Positions 11,425-21,670 of a DNA stretch of 64,000 nucleotides are shown piece after piece (position 1 is the stretch's first letter; every line of letters begins with the position of its first letter). The position numbers and the translations under genes were made by a program. The notes beneath the pieces are model-generated. The model did no database searches, was not told the origin of the DNA, and saw only the letters and a program-made list of their open reading frames with translations. The DNA lies in contig CAWBVP010000030.1 in NCBI GenBank assembly GCA_963792265.1, positions 4,612 through 68,611 on the forward strand, in the 5' to 3' direction. Origin of the DNA: an uncultured Gemmatimonadales bacterium. GTDB lineage: Bacteria; Gemmatimonadota; Gemmatimonadetes; Gemmatimonadales; GWC2-71-9.

Positions 11425-12392
11425 AGCGCCTGGCTCGGGGGACCGGACTCGCCGCCCTGCTGGTTCTCCTTGGCAGCGGGCTGGTGGGCGCCCAGGTGGC
11501 CCCGATCCAGAAGGAAGCCTTCAAGTCGGCGCAGGGTGAGCACCGGGCGAGCGAGCGCGAGGTGGACGTCATGGAGCACCTCGCGAATTCCCATGTGATC
11601 GAGATTCCCTGGTTCAACGAGCGCTACACCAAAGAGATCGCGCTCCCCCGGATTCCGCCCATTCATATCGGTCGGCTGGAGATCGATCTGTCACCCACCA
11701 AGCACTCGGTCTACGTGGTGCTCGCGGCACTGCTGGTGGCGCTGGTCTTCGTGACCTCGGCTCGATCCGTCGCGCAGGCCCAGTCCCGCGGTAAGCCGCC
11801 GAAGGGGTTCGCCGGAGCGGTGGAGGCGACCACGCTCTACCTTCGCCAGGAGTTCATCCTGCCCAACGTCGGCCACCACGGCGAGGGCTACGTTCCCTAT
11901 CTGGTGACGGTCTTCTTCTTCATCCTCTTCTGCAATCTGCTGGGGCTGGTGCCCTGGGGAGCGACGCCGACCGGCAACATCGCGGTCACCGGCGCGATGG
12001 CGCTGCTGGCGTTCGTGGTGATCGAGATCTCGGGCATGCGGGCGTTGGGCCTCAAGGGCTACCTCAAGACGATCTTCTATCTACCGCCGGGGCTGCCGGG
12101 CTTCATGAAGCCGATCATGCTCCTGGTCATGACGCCGATCGAGCTCATCGGCAAGCTGGCCAAGCCCTTTGCGCTCGCGGTTCGACTCTTCGCGAACATG
12201 ACGGCCGGGCACGCGCTGGTGCTCGCGCTCATCGGCCTGACCTTCACCTTCCAGAGCTATGTCGTGGGCGTGGCCGCATCGGCCATGGCGACGGCGGTCA
12301 TGCTGCTGGAGCTGTTCGTAGCGTTCCTGCAGGCATTCGTGTTCATGCTGCTGACCGCGGTGTTCATTGGATTGATGCGGGCGGAGCATTAA
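11421..12392 (+). CDS. atpB: ATP synthase F0 subunit a
   Basis: NLLGLVP, KPFALAVRLFANMTAGH, ELFVAFLQAFVF. Confidence 0.95.
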   Translation: MKRLARGTGLAALLVLLGSGLVGAQVAPIQKEAFKSAQGEHRASEREVDVMEHLANSHVIEIPWFNERYTKEIALPRIPPIHIGRLEIDLSPTKHSVYVVLAALLVALVFVTSARSVAQAQSRGKPPKGFAGAVEATTLYLRQEFILPNVGHHGEGYVPYLVTVFFFILFCNLLGLVPWGATPTGNIAVTGAMALLAFVVIEISGMRALGLKGYLKTIFYLPPGLPGFMKPIMLLVMTPIELIGKLAKPFALAVRLFANMTAGHALVLALIGLTFTFQSYVVGVAASAMATAVMLLELFVAFLQAFVFMLLTAVFIGLMRAEH

Positions 12393-12432
12393 GGCGGGGA
12401 AGCGGGGAAGCAGGGAATGGAAAGCAGGTAGA

Positions 12433-12600
12433 TCAGCCGGCGGGCGTTCGCGCCGAGCTGAGTCGGTAATCCGCCGGGCGGCGGATGAAGCCCGCTGTTC
12501 CGAGCCTTGGCTCTGGAACGACGGCGGGTTGCCCAGGGCGAGGCCGTTTCGGGAGAGTCGGCCCACGCGGGGCGAGCGCAGCCGGGTAACGGGTCTCCCG
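12433..12600 (+). ncRNA. Candidate structured RNA in the atpB-atpE spacer
   Basis: At least four consecutive hairpins, including GGCG-TTCG-CGCC and a long stem at 12489-12530. Confidence 0.4.
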
Positions 12601-12621
12601 CTCAAGCAACGGAGCTCAAAC

Positions 12622-12897
12622 ATGGTGGACATGTTACTTCTGGTACAGGCGACGGCGGAGACGGCCGGCCGCGGGTACGGCATGGTGGGCGCGGGTCTCG
12701 GCGCCGGTCTCGCGGTCATCGGCGCGGGGATCGGGATCGGGCGGATCGGTGGCTCGGTCGCCGACGGGATGGCGCGCCAGCCCGAGAATAGCGCGCGGAT
12801 CCAGACCGGCGGCTTGATCTTCGCGGCGCTGGTCGAAGGAGTCGCGCTGTTCGTCGCGGTTATCGCGCTGCTCATGCAGGGGAAGATCACGTTCTAG
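12622..12897 (+). CDS. atpE: ATP synthase F0 subunit c
   Basis: GAGIGIG, ARQPE loop and conserved Glu in ALVEGVALF; no Na+-type Q..ES/T signature. Confidence 0.95.
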   Translation: MVDMLLLVQATAETAGRGYGMVGAGLGAGLAVIGAGIGIGRIGGSVADGMARQPENSARIQTGGLIFAALVEGVALFVAVIALLMQGKITF

Positions 12898-12907
12898 GGG
12901 AGCTTTC

Positions 12908-13447
12908 ATGCTTGCTTTGACGCTCGCTCTGATTCAAGAGGAACACGCGGCCAGCGGTCCACTGGTGGTGAACGGCGGACTGGTGATCTGGACGCTGGTG
13001 GTGTTCGGCCTCCTGCTCTTCATTCTGAAGAAGTACGCGCTTCCGCCGATTATGGCTGCGGTGGAAGCGCGGGAGCGGGACCTGGAGGAGACCCTGGCCG
13101 AGGCGGAGCGGCAGCGGGCGGAGGCAAGCCGGCTGTTGGCCGAGCACGAGAAGCTGGTGGTCGAGGGCAGGGCGCAGGCGCATGCCCTGCTCCAGGAGGC
13201 GCGCACCGCCGGGGAAAAGGAACGAGCGCTGGCGCTGGAGAAGACCCGGCAGGAGCAGGAGGAGCTGCTGGAGCGGGCTCGGCGCGACATCCTGGCCGAG
13301 CGCGACCGGGCCCTGGTCGAGCTCCGTCGCGAGGCGGTGGATCTCTCGCTGGCGGCCGCCTCCAAGCTCATCGGGGAGCGGCTCACCTCGGAGACCGACA
13401 AGAAGATCGTGCAGGAATACCTCGCCGGCCTGGATACCCGGCATTGA
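12908..13447 (+). CDS. atpF: ATP synthase F0 subunit b
   Basis: N-terminal TM followed by a charged coiled coil; operon position. Confidence 0.93.
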   Translation: MLALTLALIQEEHAASGPLVVNGGLVIWTLVVFGLLLFILKKYALPPIMAAVEARERDLEETLAEAERQRAEASRLLAEHEKLVVEGRAQAHALLQEARTAGEKERALALEKTRQEQEELLERARRDILAERDRALVELRREAVDLSLAAASKLIGERLTSETDKKIVQEYLAGLDTRH

Positions 13448-13980
13448 GAGCCGAGACGGTCGCCCGCAACTACGCCGAGGTGCTGTTTGAGCTCGGCGAG
13501 AAGAGCGGTAACACGGATCGGTATGCCGATCTGATCGACGCGGTGGCCGGGGCGGTGGAGAACACCCCGCGGCTGCAGACGGTGCTCATGTCGCCTCGGG
13601 TCTCCAAGACCGAGAAGGCCCGCCTGTTCAGCGCGGCGCTGCCCAATGTGCCCCGCGAGTTCGTGCTGTTCATTCAGGCGCTGGTCCGGCGGGGCCGCCA
13701 GGTGCTCCTGCGGCAGATCGCGAGCGAGTACCTGGCCTTGCTGGACCAGAAGCTCGACCGGGTGCGGGCCGGGGTGACCCTGGCGCGGAACCCGGATGAG
13801 AAGTTGAAGCGCACCATCCAGGACGCGTTGACCAAGCAGCTGGGCAAGCAGGTGATCGCGGCGTTTTTGGTTGAGCCGGAGATTCTGGGTGGGGCCATTG
13901 TGCGGGTGGGCCAGATGGTGCTGGACGGCTCGGTGCGGCGGCGGATGACGAAGCTCAGGCGGCAATTGCTGGCGCGGTAG
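13444..13980 (+). CDS. atpH: ATP synthase F1 subunit delta
   Basis: VARNYAEVLF...ILGGAIVRVGQMVLDGSVRRR. Confidence 0.93.
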   Translation: MRAETVARNYAEVLFELGEKSGNTDRYADLIDAVAGAVENTPRLQTVLMSPRVSKTEKARLFSAALPNVPREFVLFIQALVRRGRQVLLRQIASEYLALLDQKLDRVRAGVTLARNPDEKLKRTIQDALTKQLGKQVIAAFLVEPEILGGAIVRVGQMVLDGSVRRRMTKLRRQLLAR

Positions 13981-13991
13981 GCATCGATGAA

Positions 13992-14355
13992 GCGCGACGC
14001 GGCGCGTCGCGCCGTGTTATGGATGTATGATCATCCCAAGGGCCACCCATGAGGGTGGCCCCGATGTTTTTCGGCCATCATCCCGATCCCAAACGCCCGC
14101 CTGGGGCGGGCCTTGGTTGATTTATTACGCGTGCCGCGTACCCGGCCCTTACGGGCCGGGCTCTTGATTTGGCGCGGTCCTCCGGACCGCGGATACCCGC
14201 CGACCAGACAAGCTCCATTCGAAATGTGTGTACAGAACCCTACCAAACACGGAGCGTCCGCGGTCCGGAGGACCGCGCCAAATCGGGAGGGCCACCCGTG
14301 AGGGTGGCCTTGGCATCCATGCCCAACGGCATCCCATAGGCCCGCGACGCGGGCC
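13992..14355. repeat. Cluster of REP-like palindromes next to a transposase
   Basis: GGCCACCCRTGAGGGTGGCC at 14041 and 14290; perfect 28-bp inverted repeat 14166-14193 / 14257-14284; CCCGGCCCTTACGGGCCGGG at 14141; GGCCCGCGACGCGGGCC at 14339. Confidence 0.85.
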
Positions 14356-14359
14356 GTGG

Positions 14360-14814
14360 TCAATCCAACACGTGCGCGGCGTCGTAGGTGATCCCGTGTC
14401 GTTCCAGCAGCCCCAGAAATTCCCCGGTGAATGCCCGCTCCCGGTGATGCATCTCCTGATTGCGGATGTATTCGCGCAGGTATTCATCATCAAAACCTGT
14501 CACCGTGAATGCCCCGTACCCGTGTTGCCACCGGAAATCACGCCGGTGGGGGATGGTCTCGATGGATCCAGCGGGTAGGTGTTTGCCTTGATGGTGCTCA
14601 CCAGCTCCGCAATGGTCACTGTGCCCGGGGGCTCGAGGTAGAGATGCAGATGATCTCTGACTCCTCCGGCACAGAGCAGCTTGCCCTCCTTCCGGGAGAT
14701 GATGTTGCTGGCGCACGCGAACAGCCGAGGCCGCCACTCGGGGTCCAGCCAGGGCCTCCGGTTCTTGGTGGCCCAGACCAGGTGCAGGCGAAGCGAGAGA
14801 TAGGTGTCTGCCAT
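14360..14814 (-). mobile_element. tnpA: IS200/IS605-family (Y1, HUH) transposase, RAYT-like; frameshifted
   Basis: HLVWATKNRRPWL, DHLHL (HUH), WQHGYGAFTV and YIRNQEMHH across ORFs 14500..14814 and 14360..14737; no tnpB. Confidence 0.88.
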
Positions 14815-14950
14815 GAACCCTTCACCCTAGTCTCTCGATCCAGGTAGTGGGAATCATCACTTCGCGCTGTGGTGCCAAATTCTCCGGGCGGCACCTATGT
14901 TTCTCGCCGCTGGCTTGAACCCGCGCCTCGACTCCTGACTCGAGCCCTTC

Positions 14951-17917
14951 GTGATCGCCGTCGCGCTCCTTGTGGTCCAGCAAGCGGCAGCCGGAACGCC
15001 GAATCCGTACTGGCAGCAGCAGGTGGCCTACCAGATCGAAGCCCGCCTGGACGAGCCGCGCGGGGTGCTGGCCGGCACCGAGCGGATCCACTACACCAAT
15101 CGCTCGCCCGACACCCTCACGACCTTCTCGCTCCATCTCCATCTCAACGCCTTTCGCCCCGGCTCCCGCTGGGCCGATGCCGACTCGGTCGAAGGCCGCC
15201 GCCGCTTCAACGATCTCAAGGACCCCGACTTCGCCTACAACCACGTGCGCGACGTCCGGATCATGGGCACGCCGGTGCGCCCGGTGTATCCCTTCGCCCC
15301 CGACAGCACCATCGTGCGCTTCGACCTCCCCCGCCCGCTGTTGCCGGGCGACTCGATGGCGGTGGACCTGAGCTGGGACGCGCGACCCTCCACCGTGCCC
15401 CGGCGACAGGGACGGGAGGGCCGCCGTTTCGATTTCGCCCAGTGGTATCCCAAGGTGGTGGTGTACGACCGCGACGGGTGGGAAGAGCATCCGCTCTATC
15501 CCGCCGGTGAGTTCTACGGCGAGTTCGCCTCGTTCACCGTCGACCTCGACGTGCCCGAGGACCAGGTGATGGGAGCGACCGGCGTTCCGGTCTGCGGCGA
15601 CCCCGGCTGGGCCCGGGCCAACCGCAACCGGTCACGCCCGGTGGACTACCAGCGGGACTACTACGGGGCGCGCACTCCGTCGGCCGGTGCGTGCGAGCGT
15701 CCCGCCGCCGGCCGGAAGAAGCTCCGCTGGTACGCCGAGGACGTGCACCACTTCGCGCTCTCGCTCAACCCGGCGTACCGCTACGAGGAAGGCCGCTACG
15801 GCGACGTCGCGGTGCGGGTGCTCTACCAGCCGGGAGACGAGGCGAGCTGGGGCGGCGGCGTCGCGGTGGAGCGAACCGAGACCGCGCTCGCCTGGCTCGA
15901 TCGGCTCTTCGGCAAGTTCGCCTGGCCCCAGATCACCAACGTGCACCGGATCGAAGGCGGCGGCACCGAGTTCCCCATGATGATCATGGACGGCTCGGCC
16001 GATCAGGGGCTGATCGTCCACGAGCTGGGCCACAACTATGTCATGGGAATCCTGGCCAACAACGAATGGAAGGAAGGCTGGCTGGACGAGGGGTTCACCA
16101 GCTTTCAGACCAGCTGGTTCTGGGAGGCGCTCGGCAAGGGCGGCGCCTACGAGAACGAGGAGCCGGGCGTCCTGGACCTGGATCTCGACGGCTACTCCGA
16201 GCCGCCGAGTTTACCGGGCGAGGCCTATCGCGACTTCAACTCCTACAACATCGCGATCTACACCCGGGGCGAGCTGTTCTTTCACCAGCTGCGCTACATC
16301 GTGGGCGACGAGACGATGCACCGGATCCTCCAGACCTTCTATCAGCGGTGGAAGCTGAAGCACGTGGACGAGGCCGCCTTTCGAGCGGTGGCGGAGGAGG
16401 TGTCGCATCAGGATCTGTCCACCTTCTTCGCGCAGTGGCTGCATGGGGTGGAGTTGTACGACTACGCGGTGGGGAGGGTGAAGGCGGGCGAGGCGGGGAA
16501 GCGGGGAAGCGGGGCGGTGGATGACTCGAGTGGAAGTGGTGCGGAAAGGGTGAAGGACGGATTCCAGTGGACGTCGCCGTCATAGCCAAGAGCGATACCG
16601 GAGTCGTGCGCGCAGAGGGACTGGCCGAGCGGGAATGGGTGGAGGTGGAGACCCGCAGCAAGCCGAAGCTGGTGATGCTGGACCCTCTGGTCCGAACCCA
16701 CGACTGGAACATGCTCAACAACCGGAAGCGCGTCGGTGGGCTGCTGACCCGGCTGTTCGGTTCGAAGCCAGGAGTTGAAGGCTACTTCCATCCGTACTTC
16801 TCGACCCGCTCCCGGCGCGACCGGCTCACCGCGGGTATGCAGCCCACGGTATGGTACAACGACGCCGGGGGCGTGACGCTCGGCCTCCGAGCCCTGGACG
16901 ATTATCTCGGCCGGTTCGACCAGAATCAGAGCTTGATCAGCGCGAGCACGACATGGGGCACGGACAATGGCGTGAAGGACACCGACTTCTTCTTCCGGGT
17001 GCGCAATCCGGTGTCTCTCCGGGCCCCCAACCTGAGCCAGACCTTCGACGTCTTCAACTTCGAGGGGCGTTACGGCGCCACCGCCAGCTTCAAGTGGTCG
17101 CGGCGGGCTCATCTCAGCTTCGGCCCGACCTCGAGTCGGAGCCTGAGGCTGCAATGGGTGGCTACCGACGACTTCCGCTACCTGGATCCCGGCCTCTACG
17201 ATCCGGTGGGCACGGTCGAGCTGGCTATGGGCAGCGGCGTCGCGACCACCAGCGGGAAGTGGCAGCTCGCGGCGCGGGTCAACACCGGAGGGGGACTGGC
17301 GTACAACCGTAATGGGCTCGCCGCGAGCGGCCGGCCCGATCTGGATCCGTTCTACTTTCGCGGCTCGCTGGAAGCCACCGCGCGCCGGCCGATCGGCCGC
17401 TCACTCGGTCTCGGTGCTCGCCTGTTCGTGGGCGGAGCCGGCGGGACTCACACCGCCGCCAAGCAGCGCCAGTTCTACGTCCAGGGCTCCGATCCCTTAG
17501 AGCAGCTGAACAATCCATTTCTCCGCTCCCGCGGTGCGCTGCTGGTGGGTGAGGACTTCCACTACCAGGCCCCCGGCGGTGCCGGCGTCCGCGGCGTGGA
17601 TTCCCGGGTGTCCACCGGCGCGATAGCCGGCTTCAATCTGGAGCTGGAGCGGGCGCTGCTCGCTCGCGCATCGGCGAAACTGTTCAACCGGGTTACCGTC
17701 GCCGCATTCGGCGATCTCTCGTACGGAGACGACATCCATTTTCTCGGCGATGCCGGCGTCGGCCTTCGCGCGGAGCATCGCATCGGCGACACCCGGTTCA
17801 CCACCCGATTCGATTTCCCGCTTGTACGTCAATCGGCCGGAGCTGGCGCAGGACCGCGCGCCGGGCGACGATAAATTCGCGTTTCGCTGGACCTTCAGCT
17901 TCGAGCCGGAGTTGTGA
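14951..17917 (+). CDS. M1 family zinc aminopeptidase with long C-terminal beta-rich extension; frameshifted
   Basis: YWQQQVAY, AQWYPK, GGGTEFPM and HELGH-x18-E (WLDEG); continues in ORF 16567..17874. Confidence 0.88.
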
Positions 17918-18075
17918 GGCGGGAAGCGGGGAGGCGGGGAAGTACGGGAAGAGGCAGCGGAATAGAGCAAAGGAGTCGGATCTGAAGTCCGATTCTTTGA
18001 ATACTGACTGTCTGCTTCCCTCCTTCCCGCTTCCCGCTTCCCGTCCTTCCCGCTTCCCGCCTACCCGCTTCCCTG
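17917..18075. repeat. Inverted arrays of GGGAAGCG-type repeats around a hairpin spacer
   Basis: gggaagcggggaggcggggaag at 17921 facing cttcccgcttcccgcttccc at 18023; inner hairpin caaaggagtcgga/tccgattctttg. Confidence 0.8.
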
Positions 18076-18090
18076 CCATATTTCCCCCGC

Positions 18091-18667
18091 ATGCTGAAAC
18101 CCTACGACACCAACCGCCGCGAGCTGCTGCGCTCGGCCCTGGGCGACTGGCTCGAGCGGCTGGTTGCGAACACCGAAGATCGCGTCATCGCCCGGCGATA
18201 CTTCCGGCCTCCCGGTGCGCTGCCGGAGATGGGATTTCTCGCGGCCTGCACCCGCTGCGGTGCTTGTGTCGACGTCTGTCCCCCGCATGCGATTCTCAAG
18301 GTGCCGACCGATGGCGGGCTCGCCGCCGGCACGCCATACATCGATCCTCAAGCGCAGCCGTGTATCGCCTGCGCCACCATGCCGTGCGCGGCCGCGTGCC
18401 CCACCGCGGCGCTCACCGTGCCGGCGAACGGATGGAGCGGATATCGCGTCGGCTATGTGGAGCTGGATCCCCAGCGCTGCATCACCTTTCGGGGCACTCC
18501 CTGTCGGCGTGTGTGCCGATGCATGTCCGGTGGGGCCGGCGGCGCTGTCGATCGATGAGGGCGGCCATCCGCTGCTCCGGGCCGAGGGATGTGTGGGCTG
18601 CGGCGTCTGCGCTCAGGTCTGCGTGACGACGCCTTCATCATTCCAGCTCACCTACGCAGGCGGCTGA
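18091..18667 (+). CDS. NapF/MauM-like 4Fe-4S dicluster ferredoxin; frameshifted
   Basis: RPPGA, CTRCGACVDVCP, CIAC...CAAACPT and CVGCGVCAQVC motifs. Confidence 0.85.
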
Positions 18668-19018
18668 GTGCCTCCGGTGCCATACCGGGTGGACAAACCC
18701 TGGGGTTACGAGCTGATCTGGGCCCGCACCGATCGCTATGTGGGCAAGATTCTCCATGTGAAGGCGGGCCACATTCTCAGCCTGCAGTATCACAACTTCA
18801 AGGACGAGACGATGCACGTTCTCTCCGGCGAGCTCACCCTCCGAACCCAGGAAGGTGACCGCCTGGTGGCCCGGCCGTTCAAGGCGGGGGAGACGGTGCA
18901 CATTCCGCCCAAGCTGATTCACCAGATCGAGGCGGTGGTGGACAGCGACGTGCTCGAGGCTTCGACGCCCGAGCTCGACGACCTGGTGCGCCTCCAGGAC
19001 CGATACGGACGAGGTTGA
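18668..19018 (+). CDS. Cupin (mannose-6-phosphate isomerase-like)
   Basis: VDKPWGYE, LSLQYH..KDET, EASTPELDD. Confidence 0.85.
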   Translation: MPPVPYRVDKPWGYELIWARTDRYVGKILHVKAGHILSLQYHNFKDETMHVLSGELTLRTQEGDRLVARPFKAGETVHIPPKLIHQIEAVVDSDVLEASTPELDDLVRLQDRYGRG

Positions 19019-19019
19019 G

Positions 19020-20054
19020 ATGCAAGTGATCATCCCGCTCGCCGGCAAAGGCACCCGGTTGAGGCCGCACACCCACCTGGTGCCCAAGCCATTGCTCAAG
19101 GTGGCCGGCCGCCCGGTCATGGATTGGGTGATGGACCGGCTCCAGGGTCTGGATGTCAGCGAGCTCATCTTCATCACCGGGCATCTCAAGGAGCAGGTGG
19201 AAGCGTTTGCCCGCTCCCGCTATCGGATTCCGTCCCGCTTCATCGAGCAGAAAGTGCAGGACGGCACCGCTGGAGCGATCAACCTGGCTCGGCCTCACGT
19301 GAAGGAGGCGGTGCTGATCATCTTCGTCGACACCGTGTTCGAGGCCGATCTCACGCTGATCAATCGCACCGACGCGGACGGGATCATCTGGGCCAAGGAG
19401 GTGGAGGACTACCAGCGCTTCGGCGTCGTGGTGACCGACGCCAAGGGCTACATGACCCGCATCGTGGAGAAGCCCTCCACGCCCATCTCCAAGCTGGCCA
19501 ACATCGGCCTCTACTACATTCGCGCGGTAGACAGCCTGTGGCAGGGGATCGACCACGTGCTGGCCAACCCGGCCAACAAGGGCGAGTGGTATCTCACCGA
19601 CGCCTTTCAGTGGATGATCGAGCACGGCAAGAAAATTCTCACCGCCGAAGTGGGCGGTTGGTACGACTGCGGCAAGCTCGACACCCTGTTGGAGACCAAC
19701 GAGATTCTGCTTCGCAAGGGCGCGGCCCGAAAGCGGAGCTTTCCTGGCGTCACCATTCACGATCCGGTGTATATCGAGGATGGCGTCACCATCGATCGCA
19801 GCGAGATCGGCCCCAACGTCTCCCTGGAGCAGGGCACCAAGGTCAGCGGGAGCCGGCTGCGCAACACCATCGTCGGTCGAGACTCGAAGTTGAGCCGGGT
19901 GGAGCTGGACGGCTCGCTGCTGGGGAACGGCGTGGTAGTGGACGGTCTCCACGGCAGCGTAACCCTGGGCGATCATTCGGAGGTGACCGCAAAACCCAAC
20001 TCGGGGAAGTCATCCCTCGCAGTGCTCGGGGCGAGTCTGAAGAGCCAGAGCGCG
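19020..20054 (+). CDS. Sugar-phosphate nucleotidyltransferase with left-handed beta-helix tail
   Basis: LAGKGTRLRPHT..PKPL, VEKP, WYDCG; no stop codon before the DUF885 region. Confidence 0.85.
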
Positions 20055-21670
20055 GTGACCTCGGTAGACGATCTCTGCCGGTCGTACCTCGACCTCAAGT
20101 ATCATTTCGACCCGGCCGCGGGCAGCATCGTCGGCCTGGTTGCCGAAGACGCCAGGCTGGGCCGCTTCGATCCCCAGACCATCAGAGAGCACATTTCGGC
20201 ACTGCGTTCGGTAGCCGGCGCGGTGGAGGAGCTGGAGCCCGATACTCTGGCGGCCGAGATCGATCGCACCGCCCTGCTGGGCGAGATCCGCACTGCCATT
20301 TTTCGTCTGGAGCACGAGCAGCCCAATGTCCGCAATCCGGGCTTCTGGCTCGGGCATCTCTTTCAGGGACTCTACGCCCTGCTCGCCCGCACCGAGACCG
20401 ATCCGGCGGAGCGGGCCCCGGCCGTAGCAGCCCGCCTGGCCGATGCCCCGGCGTTTCTGGATTCCGGACGCGCGACCATCAGCGAACCGCCGGCCGTGTT
20501 CGTCGACATGGCCTTGAGCATGCTCGGCGGCGGCGGGGAGCTGATCGCGCAGGTGGTGTCCGTGTTCGGCAGCGCGGCTCCCACCCTGGCCGACGAGCTC
20601 AAGCGGGTGGGACAGAAGGCGCTGGAGTCGTTGGTCAGCTTTGGGGCCGCGCTCAAGGACGAGATCGAGCCCAATCCCGATCCCAACGCCTTCGCCATCG
20701 GCGAGGAGCAGTTCAGCCGCCGGCTGCATCACGAGCACGCGTTGATGGCGGGCCCGCCGGAGCTGTGGCGCTACGGGCTTCACCTGCAGGAGGAGGTGAC
20801 TCAGGAGATCGTAGCGCTTGCGGCGCGGATCGATCCCCGTCCCTGGCGCGAGCTGGTCGACCATCTCCGGGATCAGACGCCCGAGCCCGATGAGCTGCTG
20901 GGGGTCTACCGCTCGGAGCTCGATCGCGCGTGTGATTTCGTGCGGCAGCACAATCTGGTGCGAGTGCCTGACGGCAATGTCGAGGTGGTTCCGACGCCGG
21001 CCTTCCTGGCATCGCTGGTGCCCTTCGCCGCCTACGAGCCCCCGCCGATCTTCCTGCAGCAGCGCACCGGACGCTTCTACGTCACCCGGCCGACCCTTCG
21101 CTGCCGCCGGGAGCCTTCTCCCAGCAGCGCCGGGGCCATTGCCGCCACGCCATCCCGGTGATGGCGGCGCACGAGGTCTATCCCGGCCACCATCTCCAGC
21201 TGCTGACGAGCGAAGGGCTCGACTCCGAGGTGCGCCGCCACGTCTGGAGCCCGGTGATGGTGGAAGGCTGGGCGCTGTACTCCGAGCAGCTGATGGGCGA
21301 GGCCGGCTATTACGAGAGCGACGAGGTCCGCCTGTTTCAGCTGGTCAATTTGCTCTGGCGCGCCATCCGGGTGGTGTTGGACGTCGGCCTGCACACTCGG
21401 GGCATGACCCCGGCGGAGGCGGTGGATTATCTGGTGGAGCATCTGCCGATCGAGCGGTTGAGCGCTGAGGCGGAGGTCCGCCGGTATTGCGCGTGGCCCA
21501 CCTACCAGCTGTGCTATGCGGTGGGACGGCGCGAGCTGTTGCGGCTCAGGGAGGCATACCAGGAGCGAGAGGCGGCTTCCTTCGACCCCCGGCGATTCCA
21601 TGACGAGCTGATGAGCTACGGCGGAATACCGGTGTCGCTAGCGCGCTGGGGCATGGATCTCGTGGAGTGA
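20055..21670 (+). CDS. DUF885 family protein; frameshifted, in frame with the upstream gene
   Basis: HEVYPGHHLQ, EGWALYSE, RAIRVVLDVGLH, PTYQLCYAVG. Confidence 0.85.

Noticed and set aside
12622-12897. Na+-translocating or N-type ATPase
   Set aside because: Subunit c lacks the Na+-binding signature and gene order is the standard F-type
14041-14355. CRISPR array
   Set aside because: Repeats are inverted/palindromic, only two copies each, with no regular spacers and no cas genes
19124-20893. Long alternative-frame and antisense ORFs (e.g. 19124..20893, 31068..32570, 55200..56618)
   Set aside because: Shadow ORFs expected from high-GC codon bias; Arg/Gly/Pro-rich with no motifs, overlapping confident genes
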